DNA of 63,766 nt, counting the filler, from Cercozoa sp. M6MM (taxonomy: Eukaryota; Protista; Endomyxa: Ascetosporea): the NCBI GenBank assembly GCA_040357565.1. It is 10 parts of 10 records of this genome, joined end to end, with 100 filler letters (N's around TTAATTAATTAA, not from the genome) between each part and the next. Parts side by side here need not be neighbours in the genome. Positions count along the whole stretch, not along the records: positions 18,050 to 42,153 come from JBDODJ010000161.1; positions 42,254 to 45,259 come from JBDODJ010001654.1; positions 45,360 to 57,252 come from JBDODJ010000390.1; 7 more parts are not named here. One strand, 5' to 3'. The translations under genes were made by a program, and so were the position numbers. This document shows positions 39,697-53,552 of the stretch, in pieces. The notes under the pieces are model-generated. The model made no database searches, was not told where the DNA came from, and saw only the letters and a program-made list of their open reading frames with translations. The number at the start of each line of letters is the position of its first letter. Positions within the stretch are counted from its first letter, which is position 1.

Positions 39697-41493
39697 TCAA
39701 GCGTCGGGCTCGTTGAAGTTGAAGATCGAGATGACAGTGACGCAGGCACCGATGAGCGAGACCGGGACCAGTTGTTCGCCCTGCAACAAAGGGACATACA
39801 TCTAAAAGAAAAGGCTGTAGGTAGCGGGAGCTAGAGGTACCATAAAGGAGGCCTCGATGAGCATCGAGAGAATGATGCTGCCGGTGGTTGCCATGCTCTT
39901 GAGGATTGTGTTGGTGTGCTTGACTGCCAGTGCCACCAGAAGACCACCGCCGGCCATCTGTGCCACCCGCAAAAAGAGTAGACACACACAGGAAACTAAG
40001 GGAGGGGAGTGGTTGACACAAGACAGGTGCAGTACGCCGAACACGACCATCCACGTGAACACCGAGTAGTCAAAAAAGATGCCCTTCTCGCGCACAATGT
40101 CGTCGCTCACGAGAGCACTAAAGGCCGCGATGAACACCTGAACAAGCCTCAAACAATATTAGTCGACTGATGCCGAACTGAAAAGGAACCAAGAGCTCAA
40201 CACACCGAGTAGAAAGCGAGCTGAAAGTTGCGGTCCCAGATGGAGAACTCCTTCTGATTGTGCTACACACAGGGACTCAATACAGAGCACACATAGGAAC
40301 AGAGAGGAAGGTACCTTGAGCACCTTCTCGACATAAACACCAGAGAGACCACTGAACGAGGCCATCAGCAGCGCGGCCAGAATGCCCATGGTGGCACCGT
40401 CATCTGCGACAACAACACACACACACACTTAAGCCCATTGACATTGGAAGAAAGGAAGGTACCATTGTCTGAGTCACCGCTATCGCCTGCTTCCACCTTG
40501 GGCAGCTGCACCAGGATAGCGCCCAGCATCAGCAGCAGCAAGGCTCGCCACTTGCGCGACGAGAGTGATCTGCCCACAAGCAACATCAGGAGGTTATTAT
40601 ATATACATATATACATATATAATATATAACTGACCAGACAAAAAAAGACTACCGATTCAACAAAGCGACCGAGAAAATGCCGGTGGAGAGAATCTTCATT
40701 TGCGACAGAATGCTAAACTGACTGCACACAACACGCGTTGCTTAATATGTGTACAGCCTGGTCAAAGCAAAGCGGTCAGACAAGGGTACCCGGCTGAGAT
40801 GCGCGACAAGGCGTAGTAGCCAAGCAGGTTCTGCAAGAAGTAGATCACGGCAGGCACAGCCATCGGGAGCGACTGTCGAATCAGCAGCATCAAACGACTG
40901 CCAAGTCTGCGCAGACAGGGAGTTTGCATGCATGCCCTAGCTGCCACTTATCCTCATGAGCAAGACCACTGTGAGTGTACCGAGATTGCTCCTTCGACAG
41001 CATGTGAATCGAGAAAGAAAGCTTGATGATCTAGCAGGCAAGCACAAGCATAAGAGCACGCGGAAGTCTCTGTGTCAGGATGTCTACCTCAGAAAACATG
41101 ACAGCAGAGGACTTGCTCCACTTCTCACCGCGTGTGCCGCGCGAGTATCGTACCACCCTGCAGGTATACACACAGGCAAGTGCAACATGCTCTCAGCGCA
41201 GCACATGGAACAAAGAAGCACAGTATACAAGAACTGGGTCGTTGCCTGCACGCACAACAGAACGAGGAAGAGCAGACCGAGACGCGAGATTGTGTCGTTT
41301 GCTTTCTTCGCTGTCACCGGCTCCGGCGTGTGGCGCGCCGTCTTGCCCGTCAGCAGCTGGTCATTTTCTGACGCTTCGGCAGCCAAGTCATCTAACTCAT
41401 CAAGGTCCGGCAGACTACAGGCACGCGTTTAACACGAAACAAGCAAACGGCAAAGCAAAAAGGGTTAAAAAAAGGGTACAAATCGTCATCCAT
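39697..41493 (-). CDS. SLC35A-family nucleotide-sugar transporter (UDP-Gal/CMP-Sia type)
   Basis: MAVPAVIYFLQNLL, SQMKILSTGIFS, RKWRALLLL, SGLSGVYVEKVLK, GGLLVALAVKHTNTILKSMAT. Confidence 0.9.
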
Positions 41494-41834
41494 GTCGACA
41501 TGGTGCTCTCGATTACGCACCCCAGCCATCGTGCGTCAGTGTGCTCGCAAACGCAGAGACTGCAAATAAGCCCTTCTTCAGCTTTAGCCCTGTCTGGTGT
41601 TCGGGCAGTGGTTTGTTTTTTGAGCATTTGTAGCCATTGGATACATCGATATTGCATCGAGTCGTGTTCTCGGAACCTGATGTTTCGGCGTTTCGCTTTG
41701 GTTGCTAAATGTCGTCTTTTGTTATACGGTGCTTGTACCGGTGTATCGACTTGAAGAACTTGCTACACAAGGACTGTGCAGTAAATTTACAAACCTTCGA
41801 CTTCAAACCTAAAAAATTGCAAGTTGTGGAGAGG

Positions 41835-42074
41835 ATGTGGAACGTTTCGTTGTTGCTCGCCCTTGGCTGGGCTTCATTTGTCGTATCGGCCGCAACTGCT
41901 ACGTTTGAAAAGAACAAGCAACCGCACCATCCAAAAGAACTCAACCCGGATGACATGGTACGGCGTCTCGTGCACGGCACACTCCTCTCAAGCAACACGT
42001 TTGAGGCTGCGGAGAAGGCAATTGACGCAAAAATTCGAGATTTGGTGTCGTCCGTTGCTCTACTTCGCGAAGGA
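41835..42074 (+). CDS. First exon of an unknown signal-peptide protein (3'-partial)
   Basis: MWNVSLLLALGWASFVVSAATA... followed by a GT donor leading into (TG)n. Confidence 0.45.
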
Positions 42075-42106
42075 GTAAATTTACCTCGAGCCTGTGTGTG
42101 CATGTG

Positions 42107-42153
<47 letters not shown>

Positions 42154-42253
42154 NNNNNNNNNNNNNNNNNNNNNNNNNNNNNNNNNNNNNNNNNNNNTTA
42201 ATTAATTAANNNNNNNNNNNNNNNNNNNNNNNNNNNNNNNNNNNNNNNNNNNN

Positions 42254-42297
<44 letters not shown>

Positions 42298-42323
42298 GTG
42301 TGTGCACAACTGTACCTGTGCAG

Positions 42324-45094
42324 ATACAAGGCCTTGCAGCGGTTGTTGGAGCGAGCTACGGGTACAAAGTATATAAAGCTGCATCACAAGAAAACAGTAG
42401 ACACCGCAGGCGATTTTACCCGTTCGCACAGATGCCATTGGCCGTCTCGTGCAAACCCTGTTTGTAGCAGCGTGTATTTTGAGAACAGGACACACACACA
42501 CACCACACCACACAGAGTCAGAAGTGTACAGAGTGGAACGCGCGCACAGAGGCGTAGTACTTCTGCTGCGCCGTGTGCAGATTTTTGAACTGCGCGCATG
42601 CCAATCGTAAAAAACAGGTCACCGATCATCAACGTACCAACGCGTGCAGAGCCTTCAGTTCGGCCTCTGTCTTTTCTGTTCAAGTGTGCGAGAAATCACA
42701 GTGTTAGACTTCTCGGTGGATGCTAATGCTACCGAAGGCACGAAGAATTTCGACAAACTGTGGGTCTTCTTGCGACTTCTCGGTGCCCATGGCCTTGTTG
42801 CGCATCGAGTGCAGGCCTCCCTGTCAATAGCGAATCCAGTGCAGTCATGTTGAGTTTGAGAAAAAACACGAGTACCTTGAATTTGCTCAGCATTTTTTTC
42901 GCGCGGCGAAGTACAAAAAAAAACGTGGCCGCAAGTTCCTGGAGCAAAAACACGAAACGCACACGATGAAATAACCGATGACCCTAACTCAACTGTTTTA
43001 TCACTATCAGGCACGGTGCCACACCCCAAAAGGCTCCTTACGGGATCAAAAAGTGAGATGATGTACTGCACAAGTACGATTATTGGTGGATGATCTCTCC
43101 GCGTTTTTTTCAGACAGGACTTGGTGATTACATAACATCAAATGAATACATCACGAAGGTTGACCGTCTGTTGACGGCATCTCACCACGTTCGGCTGACT
43201 GATATCGATAGGAAAACAGTCGTTACAGAGTTTCGTAAGTCGATCTTCCGTGAAAGAGACAACAGTATTGACTCCAGGATGTGGGCTTGTATTCTTAGAA
43301 GTACCTGGTTCAGCGCTTGGCATCGCATCCTGTTGCTTTGTGGATTCCACGAACTCGATCTTGTGTGCGTCTGGCCGCAGCACCCACCTTTTCGATGTCA
43401 GATCGAAGAAAGTTGGCGAATTGGTAATATTGCCTTACCGATCCTCATACTGAGCGGCAGAACTGACAGGGCGTTCCATCGAATTTTCGCAGACCGGCCA
43501 CAGTCGACCCGTTCGCTTCGTAAAAACAGATGGCTCGTATTTAGCGTACACGTACGACGATTTTGTTACACCCCATGCACTCTTGGCTTATGACAACGGT
43601 TGTTGCAGTGTCTCAGACGACAGCGTCAGGGTCTGGGATTTGCGAAAGTCGCAGTCACTTGTGCAGAGCTACACTTTCAGTGATGTTCTGGAGCCATTTA
43701 GTGCCGTTACCTTGCATGTTGGCGCTGCGGGTAATTGCCGATGCATGGAAAATTGTTCTTATCTTCCTTTTTCACCCTTGTGCAGGCGGAACATACAATC
43801 GCTTGTTATTGGGTTCAAACCGTATCGACGCATTGCAATGCTGTATGACCAAGACGGGATTGGCTTCAGTTGAACGAATTGCCCAATGTCCTGGCACGCA
43901 CAGTTTGACGGTGTATGAGGTAAATGTCATGTGCAGCTTTTCATACATTCAAGCAGTGACTCTTTTTTGCTTTTCCTAGGCTGACCAACGACGGCGACAC
44001 GTCGGCAACGAAGCCTTTCAAGCTTCTTCCAGCGCGTTGACCTCGTGTATCTTCAATCCAACCTTTGAGCAAGTAGTTACAACAAGTTTGGCTGGTACCC
44101 TTGACCCCTTAACCTCCATACCTCTTCCCCTTACCCCGTTACCCCTTTATTATTAAATGTAGGCACCGTGTCGGTGTGGAACATTGATACAGGCGCGCTT
44201 CAGTTTTCCTACAACTGTACAGAGCACAAAAACGACAACGCGACGTCCGCGTGCTTTGACTGGAGTAAACGACGCCTGATTACGGTGTCTAATGGCTTTA
44301 TCCCGCTTTTACGCTTTGCTCCCAGTTCCTTTTTACCCCTGTAGCCCCCTTATCCCCTTTACCTTTTTACCCCTGACCCCCTTACCCCAGACCCCCTTAC
44401 CCCACTTTACCTTTTTACCTCTGACCCCTTAACCCTTCTTTAGGGAACTCACCACGGTCGATCTAGCGTATCGAACTTTAACAATGGGGACAGACTCTGT
44501 AGCTTGCAGGTAAATCCTTGAGCACTGTGAATCATCTAAGTTAGTATTTTCGGTAAATCAGTTTTTGAGTCTCTCAGGGCAAGACGTTACGTTCGCCTGC
44601 TCATGCCAGGGTAGAAACCAAATAAGTTCGATCTGGTCAATGTCACACAATGTACTATCCCTTCTGTGTTTGGCGAAATTAGGAGATTACAGCTCTTGGA
44701 TTCTCGGATAACCCTTCGATGCGGAGAGTGTATTCGGCTGCGTGGGGTGGAATCATAAAGTCCTGGGAGATAGACAACGTCGATGAGAACTGCCCGCACG
44801 CTCTGGCCCTGAAAGCTACCAACGACCTTCACCAAAACGATGTCTCAAAGATAATTGCCATGATGCATGTGGGCGAAGATGCTGAGTCACAGTTCGCGAT
44901 GGCCAGTTGCGATGTTGGAGGGTTGATCTCAATATGGGACGGGTCAAAGTTATGTGCTTTGCGCTGTCTGGAAACGGGGAGCTCGGTTTCAGACCTTGAA
45001 TTTCACTCCTCATCGAACACTCTACTGTCAGTGCACCTCGATGGAACGCTACGTGCCCACGATGCCTACACTCTTCGAGTAATATACCGATACA
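42324..45094 (+). CDS. WD40-repeat protein, WDR49/WDR64-like (partial at both ends)
   Basis: DDSVRVWDLR and FNPTFEQVVTTSLAGTVSVWNIDTG...SACFDWSKRRLITGTHHG..VSNFNNG, typical of this WD subfamily. Confidence 0.65.
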
Positions 45095-45141
45095 GGTTCG
45101 ATTGTAGTTCTGTTTTCGTTGAGAACGGACTGGTACATGTA

Positions 45142-45255
<114 letters not shown>

Positions 45256-45408
45256 GAAGNNNNNNNNNNNNNNNNNNNNNNNNNNNNNNNNNNNNNNNNN
45301 NNNTTAATTAATTAANNNNNNNNNNNNNNNNNNNNNNNNNNNNNNNNNNNNNNNNNNNNGTGTTGGTTACAGTAAGTTTAGTGCGCTCACTTGCTTTTGT
45401 TGTTTGCA

Positions 45409-45792
45409 GTGCTGCTGGCAGAGTACCACAAGCTGGCGAGCGAGCTGCCTTTGCACGTGCCGCCTCAGCAGCGGTACAGTACCAGTAGCTCGACTCATTG
45501 CTTCGACTGATTACACACACGAAATCGCTTGTGATGTCGCAGGTACACTCAAGTGGCCTGCTCGTCGCACTCGCCGGGCAAGAAGGCTGCTCGCATGTAC
45601 GTCGCTGTCCAGTACGCGCAAGAGGTCGACAGTCTGCCGAAAGACGCCGCCGAAAAACTCCGTGCCACTTTGAGCTCGTTCGTCTTCTCTCGCAGTAAAC
45701 TCGCCGTGTATCCAGTCGCTGCCCTCTCGAAAAGGACGACTTCTAAGTCTCAAGAAGCACTGCACACACTGACAGTGTGGGCAGACGACTGA
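45409..45792 (+). CDS. 3' end of an unknown gene
   Basis: Two spliced exons ending ...ALHTLTVWADD*. Confidence 0.4.
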
Positions 45793-46361
45793 AGTGTTTT
45801 AAAACTATAAATCTCATCCTATCGCTTTTATTTGCCTGTTCACGACGACTGAGACAGCATAAACTAATGCAACCCTAAAACTGATAAAATCCCTAGACCG
45901 AGGCGCGGAAGTTTTTGACGAGTGTTCGTTGGTATCCTGGACCTCGAGAGGGTTTATCCCAGACTGTGGGACACCTGTGTTTGAGGCAGCATTGAGCTGG
46001 CTGTTGCAGCTGAACTCTCGGCCAGTTGTCCTCGCTTCTACTTGTCCTCTGCCCTTCCAAATGCCCTTCTTAGTCTACTTCACGGAACTCAATTGCCATC
46101 TGACGGGTGACTTTCCCGTCCGCGTTAAGAGTTTTACCGCTCAACTGAACCGTTGGGGTAACTGACTACCTCGAACTGATACTTGGCCACTCCCTCCACG
46201 CCAACTGAAGGACAAACTACAACGGTTTTTTAAAATCGAATACGTTCCTTGCGTTTCAATAGATTCTTTTACATTAGATTTTCTTACGTTACTTACATTG
46301 GATAGTACCTTTAATTTACCAAGACCTTATCCCTGTTGAGAGGGCGGAAACAGACCTGAAC

Positions 46362-47034
46362 TCAAACAAGGCCGAACTCGTCCTCACTGCCGTCCGAGTG
46401 CTGGAAATCAGTGGTGTCGCCAACCTCGAGGTCGGAGTGGTCATCGTCATCGTGAGGCTGCTCCTGCTCTGCTTCGTTGGCGCTGTCTTCGCCCTCGTCG
46501 GCGCGGGGAGTCTCGGCACTGGACACGGCGTGACTGTCGTCGTTGTTGTCGGTGTCGCTGTCGGAGAAGGAGTCGAAGCCGTCGTCGTCGATGTCCTCGA
46601 AGCCGTCGGCGTCGCTCCAGTTGTGCACCTCGTCGTCCGAGTCGTCCTGTGGCGGCGCAGGCTGTTCTTGCTCCTCGCCAGTGGCCCAGAAGTCGTCGTC
46701 GTCGAGCTGATCGACTCCGAAGGACGATGCCGTCTTGATTGCACTCTCGTGCGACACCGACGACTTGGCCGACTTGACCGGCGTGCCCACCAGCGACGAC
46801 GACGCCGACACCACTGCGTCCGCGCGGACCTCGTCGCTGCTGCCGGTCAGGAGCACCGGCAAACTCTCGTAGTGCTGCGTCGTGTGACCGCTGCAGTGCG
46901 CCAGCGAGCCGATCTGCCAGGGGGGGGGGGGGGGNNNNNNNNNNNNNNNNNNNNNNNNNNNNNNNNNNNNNNNNNNNNNNNNNNNNNNNNNNNNNNNNNN
47001 NNNNNNNNNNNNNNNNNNNNNNNNNNNNNNNNNN

Positions 47035-47075
<41 letters not shown>

Positions 47076-49802
47076 CACCTTCCACATTGATGTCCTCGTC
47101 GGAGTCACTCTTCTTCTTGCTCTTCTTGAGGAAGACACCTCGCACCAGTCGGGCGCGATCACGCTGCGGGGGGGGGGGGGGGGGCAGCATAGGAGTACGG
47201 AGTAAGGCAAATCATACGACGTCGTCGTTGGTGTCGTACTTGGCCACATCGATAGCGTAGCGGAAGCACTTGGCATTGTCGCCCTCCTGCGGTCGCCACA
47301 GGAACACTTTGACGGCCAGATTGAGAATCTGCAGGCGCGTCTCGCTCTCCTCATCCACGAAACCTTCGGGGGGGGGGGGGGGGGATAGGGAGAGTGGGGG
47401 TGCGGGGTAAAGGTACACTACCAACCAAGAGTCGTCGCAGCACCTTTGGCACCAGTTTCGGCACTGCGTGTCTGTACTCGCCAACTGCACGGGGGGGGGG
47501 GTAAGATGGTGTGTGTGTGTGGGGGCGGGGGGGGGGGGGGTAGGATAGGTGGCAAACACACTGATCCACACGATGGCGGCACGCGCGCGGTCGTCCGAGA
47601 TGTTGCGCAGCTTGAGCACAAGGGCAGCCACGACACCGGCCAGCGGATGCTGCTGCTGCTCTTGTTGTTGTTCCTGTTGTTGTTTCTGGCCGGACATGTC
47701 GTTGACGGCGCGCAGCAGTTTGCGAATGGCTTGAACGGCGGCACTGGCCACGTCGGCGTCGGCCGCGTCGATCACGCGCAGCAGCGTTGCCACGCAGCGC
47801 GGTGCCACACTGGAGCGGGGGGGGGGGGGGTAAGTGGTAGAGTAGGGTAATGGAAGAGAAGGATACGTAGGCACTCGCTGTGCAGCGTGCACCAATGCCG
47901 ACACAGCAGCCACGGCGACCTCGGTGTTGCCTCCACGGATGCACTAATCAACCCGTTGAGTCAGGGTCTGACACGGCTAGGGTAGGGAAGGGTTAGGTAC
48001 GCTGTCCATCTCGCGCAGTACGTCGTGCACGTTGTGCTCCGAGGCAGCGTTGCTCATCACGGCCAGTTTGAGCTGCGTCACGTGTAGTGCTTGTAGGTCC
48101 TCGGCGTACACTGCAAAGCACACATATATACTTAGTATACACAATATACTCAACACAAGTGATACCAAAGAAACGCGGCAGGATGTGTTCGAACAGTTCG
48201 GGCCACTCGTTGCTCAATGTCGCTGCCTGTGGGGAGGGGTTGGGGTAGGGGTAGGGATAGGGTGGAGGTAGAGTAGGGGTAAAGGAAAGAGGGTACAGCA
48301 GCCAGCACGACTAGCGTCTCCTCGGCCGAGTCGCCAAGCGACAGCGCGTTGAGCAGGAGGTCCGGCAGGTACTGCTTGGCCTCGGCGCGAGGTGCCAGGT
48401 AGTACCACACCTGCATGCACTGCACCAGCACGGCCGGCGATTGTGAAAACGAGAGCGACTCGACCACCTTGAGCAGCAGTTGATGATCACCCGTGAGACC
48501 AGACTTGTCGTTGGAACCGTCATCAGCGTAGGTGGCACCGTCAGTGTCGGCGGAGTCAGTGTCAGTGGAACCGTCAGTGTCAGCAGCCGTATCATCGGTC
48601 TGCTTGACTCGCCAGGGACACGCGAAGTGAGCGCTCGCGTAGCGAAGCAGCAGCGACAGCGTCGTACTCTGCGCGGCGTAGTCCATGTCGGGCAGTGCGC
48701 GCACCAGGCGGCGGTAGGCACCGTGCAGCAACGTCCACGCACCGTCCTCCGCGTCACGTGGCACGCTGTCCAACCAACTCGATGTGTCACAGCCACACAA
48801 CATGTACCCACAAGACTGCCCAACGTACTCGTCGAAAGCCAAGGCGATCTGCTGCACGGCAAAGGCGGCTGATCCCAGCACAGTCACATTCGTCTCCTTT
48901 GACAGCAGACGCTTGATTTGCTGACGCATCTGCTGTCTGCTCCCACAGGAATGAGTCCTCTCCTTCTACATACTTAGGTTTGAGGCAGCAGCAGTACCTG
49001 GCAGCAGCGTCGCCGAGTCGTGCCAGACGCGGCATTGCGAGCAGTGCCGTCTTGCGTACATAGGCCGACGAGTCCTGCACGGCCGCGTCCAGTGACAGCA
49101 GCGACAGCGGCAGAATCAGCGGCAGCGGGATCTTGGTCATGCCCTTGAGTGCCAGGCCGCGCGTCCGCGGGTTGCGCGCCGACATGCGTTTGTGGAACGA
49201 GTTCACACACAGCAGTGCCAGTCTATAGGGAGGGCAAGGTAACGAATAACTTGGTGGGGAGATGGGGGGGGGGGATGGAGCAACAATACTCGGGGTTGCT
49301 CGCGGCATATCGCACAACGAAAAGCGACAAGAGCGAGCGCAACTCGGCGTGCTGCTCTTCCACAACGCCGACCAGTTTTATCGCATCAGCGTAGTACTGA
49401 CTCGCCTGTACACACATTTATCTCATGTCTTAGATTCGATAGAAACAAAGGAGCACACCTCTTCATGTCTGCCGAGCACCAGAAGTGCCATGAGCGCCTT
49501 CATACCTTGCAGCCGGTCCCTGACACACGGTACCCAAAGTTCAATAAAAAACACATGTGATGAGGAGAAAAAGGACCTCGGAGACTGACTCTGAAGCTTC
49601 TTGTGCAACTCAAGCGCTGTCGTAGCCTCCTCATCGTTGCTTCCGACAGAAACGCCGCCGCTTTCGGTGCCCTTCGCACAAGCATAGTATCCACCAAACA
49701 GGTACAGAAAGAAAGCCAACACACCGCGAGCGACGACTTTTGATCGCCGCGCAACAGCAATGCGAGGTTGTTCATCGCCGAACCAACCGTTTGAGACGTC
49801 AT
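46362..49802 (-). CDS. AP3B: AP-3 complex subunit beta (trunk plus acidic hinge; no appendage seen)
   Basis: LQGMKALMA, FVVRYAASNPELALLCVNSF, DSSAYVRKTA, ARAAIVW, FVDEESETRLQILNLAVK and AKYDTNDDVRDRARL, followed by an acidic tail. Confidence 0.88.
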
Positions 49803-50234
49803 CTATTCACAACGCAACAACATGAACACAGTGCAATCTTGTGTTTTCGCAACTTTTTGAACCACACAAAAAACATTGCATCATTTCTGCTAGCGCGCAA
49901 GGGCAGCACACCTCTGCCGTCTCTGGTGTCAGCCAAGACTCCACTGCACACGCCACAGATGCGTGAATTCAGACACAGCCAACGTTCGAGCTGGTTGATC
50001 CCGGCCAACAAAAAAAGTTGTTTCAACAACTCTGAGGCTCAGAACTACCTGTTGCCGCGTGCACCAGCCTTTCAGTAGCTGGCACACGCCGATCTACACT
50101 GATTCACGATTCTGCGTCGATCAGCAGATGTCTCCAGCTACTTTTTGTTAAAGGCGCGCTTTCTGCGAGTTGTTCAGAGTTACAACTCCAACCTCGTGCT
50201 ACTCCTCATTTTCCTATCTCATAATTGACTTTGC

Positions 50235-53116
50235 TTACGGACTGGGCTGCCACGGAGAGGCGCGCCGTTGTCGCAGCTGCAGCGCGTCGCTGCTCGCACG
50301 ATCGTGACTAGCGAGCATGACTGAGGGGTCCATGACAGTGCGCTCCACATGTGACCTTCGCCACTGCAGCACAGGGCCGTAAATCAAAGATAGGTACGCA
50401 GCATCAGCGTAATCTTTATAACTACCCTTGGGTGGTTCTTCGCGAAGCTCATGATTGACTGCTGGAGTTTCGAGCTGCCAAACGGTCGTTCCGGTTCGGG
50501 CAGGTCCGGCATTAATTCACTAAGCGGAGATGAGCAAGTTAAAAAGGAACAGTACAAACAGGCAGGTATGGGGGATACCTCTCCGCACGCAGAATGAGTT
50601 CGCCAACTGACTCGCGTGAAAGCAGCAAGCTTTGCTGAGTATGGGGCTGATCGTTCTCTCGCTCCAGTGGCGTCGTTGTCGGCGGCAACGAGTTTCTCCA
50701 CGCGCCCAGTGCACACTCGACCCGTCCACTACCGTCGGCGTCTGCACGAGAAAAAAACATAGTGATATCACTTTCAATCAACTTGGGTAGTCAAGATAGG
50801 ATACCAGCCACAGCGAGCTTTCGCATGGTTCGCACGATGTGCTCGGCGCGCCGCCTCATCGGGACGGCAAACAACAGCGGTGCCGCCACCACGCTCATCA
50901 ACTCGCGAAGAAACAAATTGAGACGCGGCGCGTACAGCTTCGAGAACTGCTCGTGCGTGGACCGCGTGTGCGCCTGGTGCTTCCAGTGCCGTGGCATGAA
51001 GTGCGTGTGCACCGCCGCCTTCTGCAGCAGCTGCGCCGGGCCGTCTTGCTGCAGTGCACCCGTCGCACCGAGTCGTGAGGCCGATCTCGCCGCACCCAGC
51101 AGCACCAGCAGCAATGGCAAGTACCAGAGGAGCGACCTTCCCAAAAATTGGAAGTGCAGCAACACTCGCGAGTTATAGAGCGACATGGCCACGAGCACAC
51201 CGACGCAAGCGCCACTCATCTAGACAACGCACATACGCATAAACTGTCCCTACCCTCAGTCAATTTAATAGTTACAACAAGCTTACAAAGGCAGCAAGCT
51301 GAGCAACGGCACGTCGCACCGGTGCAGGAAAGTGCTCAATGTACATCGTGGCCGGCTCCTGGCGAAACACATTAGATCACACTCTTTTTTTACGACATGA
51401 ATTGATTCATACCTCAGCAGCAGCCAGGCGTTGCTCAAAGAGATGTGGCAACTCGTTGAGGTCGCGCAGCAGCACACGAGCCAAAGGCGACCAATCGCGC
51501 GGTCCAAACACGCCATTGGAGCCGTTGCTGTTGACCATCTGCTCGAGATTCCTCAAGACAAAGAGCGCCGTCATCATCAGCAGCGTGAACGGCATCGTCA
51601 CCAGCGTGCCGACCGACAGCATCAGAAACAGCTGTCGCAGAGCGTACGCGTCGCTCTGCACCGCGCTTTCGTCCTCTGTATCCCACTGAGGCACAGCGTA
51701 GAGCTCAGATGCTCTCGTCCGCGCAGGCGTGTGCTGTAGTCGTCCAAGCAAAAAGGCAATCGCGCGACGTGTCAGAAACTCCACGAAATTGCCAAAGAAC
51801 TGCCGGCGTCGCGCAAACTGCTGCTCGGCTGTCTCCCGGCGCTGCTGCTGCAAATTGTGGTGCTCGTAAGCGTTGTGCAGTGAGTCATCCAGCAGTCCAG
51901 TTGAGATCCACGGATTCTCTCGGGTTGCTTCCATCTCAACTGATCACACAAAGCAGTCGTCGCAAGACAATGTAAAAAGAAGAGTAAGGCTAAAGTACCA
52001 TCGCGCGATGCCACGGTGAGCTGCTGTCGTTCAGGAACGTTCCAGCGACCCAGTCGCCTCAGCAGCGACATGAAACCGTCACCAAAGGAAAAATCGAGCG
52101 CGTGCTCCGAAAGCATGGCGATCCAGAAGTTGTCGCGTCGCATGATGCGAGCAGTCATGTCGGCGGCATCGCACTTGTGCAGCACGAGCGACAATCTCAC
52201 CTTCGTTTGCACTTCTTCCAGTCGCGTTGTGACGTCTTGCCAGCCGTAATTCGGCAGTTCATTGTCCTGTTCACAACAGCGTCAGTCATAAAGGGCGGGT
52301 GTATGTACCAGACATGGCACATACCCTAATGTCGAGCACATCGCGAAAGAACTGCGCCGTGCCTCGCATGCGATTGCTCTTGGAGATTGCCGTGGCCATT
52401 TGCCAGAGGCAGAACAGGAGAAAGACGGCAAAGTACATGACAACAATGACGTCTCCTACTCCGTTGAACAGGTCGGTACGCAGTCCTGGCGTTTCCGCAC
52501 ACACGTCATCGCCATCGCCTTGGCAGTTCTTGTAGATGCCCTTCCAGTCCACAAAGAGCAGCAGAAACGTGCTGAAGAAGCAAGCGAACAGCAGAACACA
52601 TGCGTGCGACAGCGAGTGCGCCTACATTGGTGGATGAAAGACCCTTAAAAGTCACAAGAGACAACGCGCACAGTACCACAAATCCATTCAGTCCGCCATG
52701 CCGCCAGTATCGATAAACGTCGCCAAAGAAAAGGTCAAGGTCCGGCACTGCGATCCACTTTCGTCTGTCGTGAAGATTGTCAGGCACGTCGTCATGCACG
52801 TTGCTCTCACTGTGCGCTGTCGGTGGCGTGCTGAGCACCTCGTGGTGCAATGCACTCCTGTTGAGCCCAATGTGCTCTGGCACAGCCAGGTGCGACCGCA
52901 CAGAGTCCCGAAGTTCCTCGCGTAACTCGTCCTGGTCCAAGGCACGCACGTGACTCAAGTCCTCAACGCTCTCGTAATCCGTGTGCTCGTCCTCATCGTC
53001 CAGTTCCGCCGCCGACTGAACCTGCGAGCACAAAGAGAGATATGGACACATAGGCCTCGTGCTGTAGCTGCACATTCGTGTACCGACGACTGACAGCTAA
53101 GCGGCGGCGGATCCAT
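50235..53116 (-). CDS. ATG9: Autophagy lipid scramblase ATG9
   Basis: DLDLFFGDVYRYWRHGG, RIMRRDNFWIAM, RDWSPLARVLLRDLNELPHLFEQRL, THFMPRHWK..AH, LRELMSVVAAPL and KLQQSIMSFAKNHP. Confidence 0.95.
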
Positions 53117-53552
53117 GTCTGTCGCAGTCTGTGCACACAGGCAATGGGATTCCTCGACAGAGAAAACAGCGAACCACGGAAACGCGCACACTGTCAAACG
53201 AATGACCAAAAATGGCACATATCAGCAACTTACCGATCAGCAGGCGAGGAGTCGCCCAACAGCGACACAGCACCAGAGTTGGAGAATTTTAGCGTGCTAA
53301 ATGCCCGAAACAGACGTTTCTTCTGCTTGGCGAATAATTTGGTCAGCTTTTTCTGTTCGGGCGAGCTGCTCCATCTGTGTGTCGTGTGCCAAAGCGCGAG
53401 GGCCGATCTCGGTCCTGACCGCGTGTAACACCGAGCACACACTGCGTCGGGCTTAAAACTCTCTGCAGCATTCGGCGTGTGTTGAGTTGTTTTGGTTGGC
53501 CCACGTGATCAAGGATCGACCCACAAGACAGTTTTTTATTATTCTTGACATC

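Noticed and set aside
45900-46170. GGGAAAGTCACCCG on the minus strand resembling RNase MRP CR-I
   Set aside because: No matching CR-V/P4 partner was found, and the motif sits in a local hairpin.
46398-47090. Long antisense ORFs over GC-rich exons (also 32504-33086 and 34382-34930)
   Set aside because: Shadow ORFs of GC3-rich or low-complexity coding sequence on the opposite strand.
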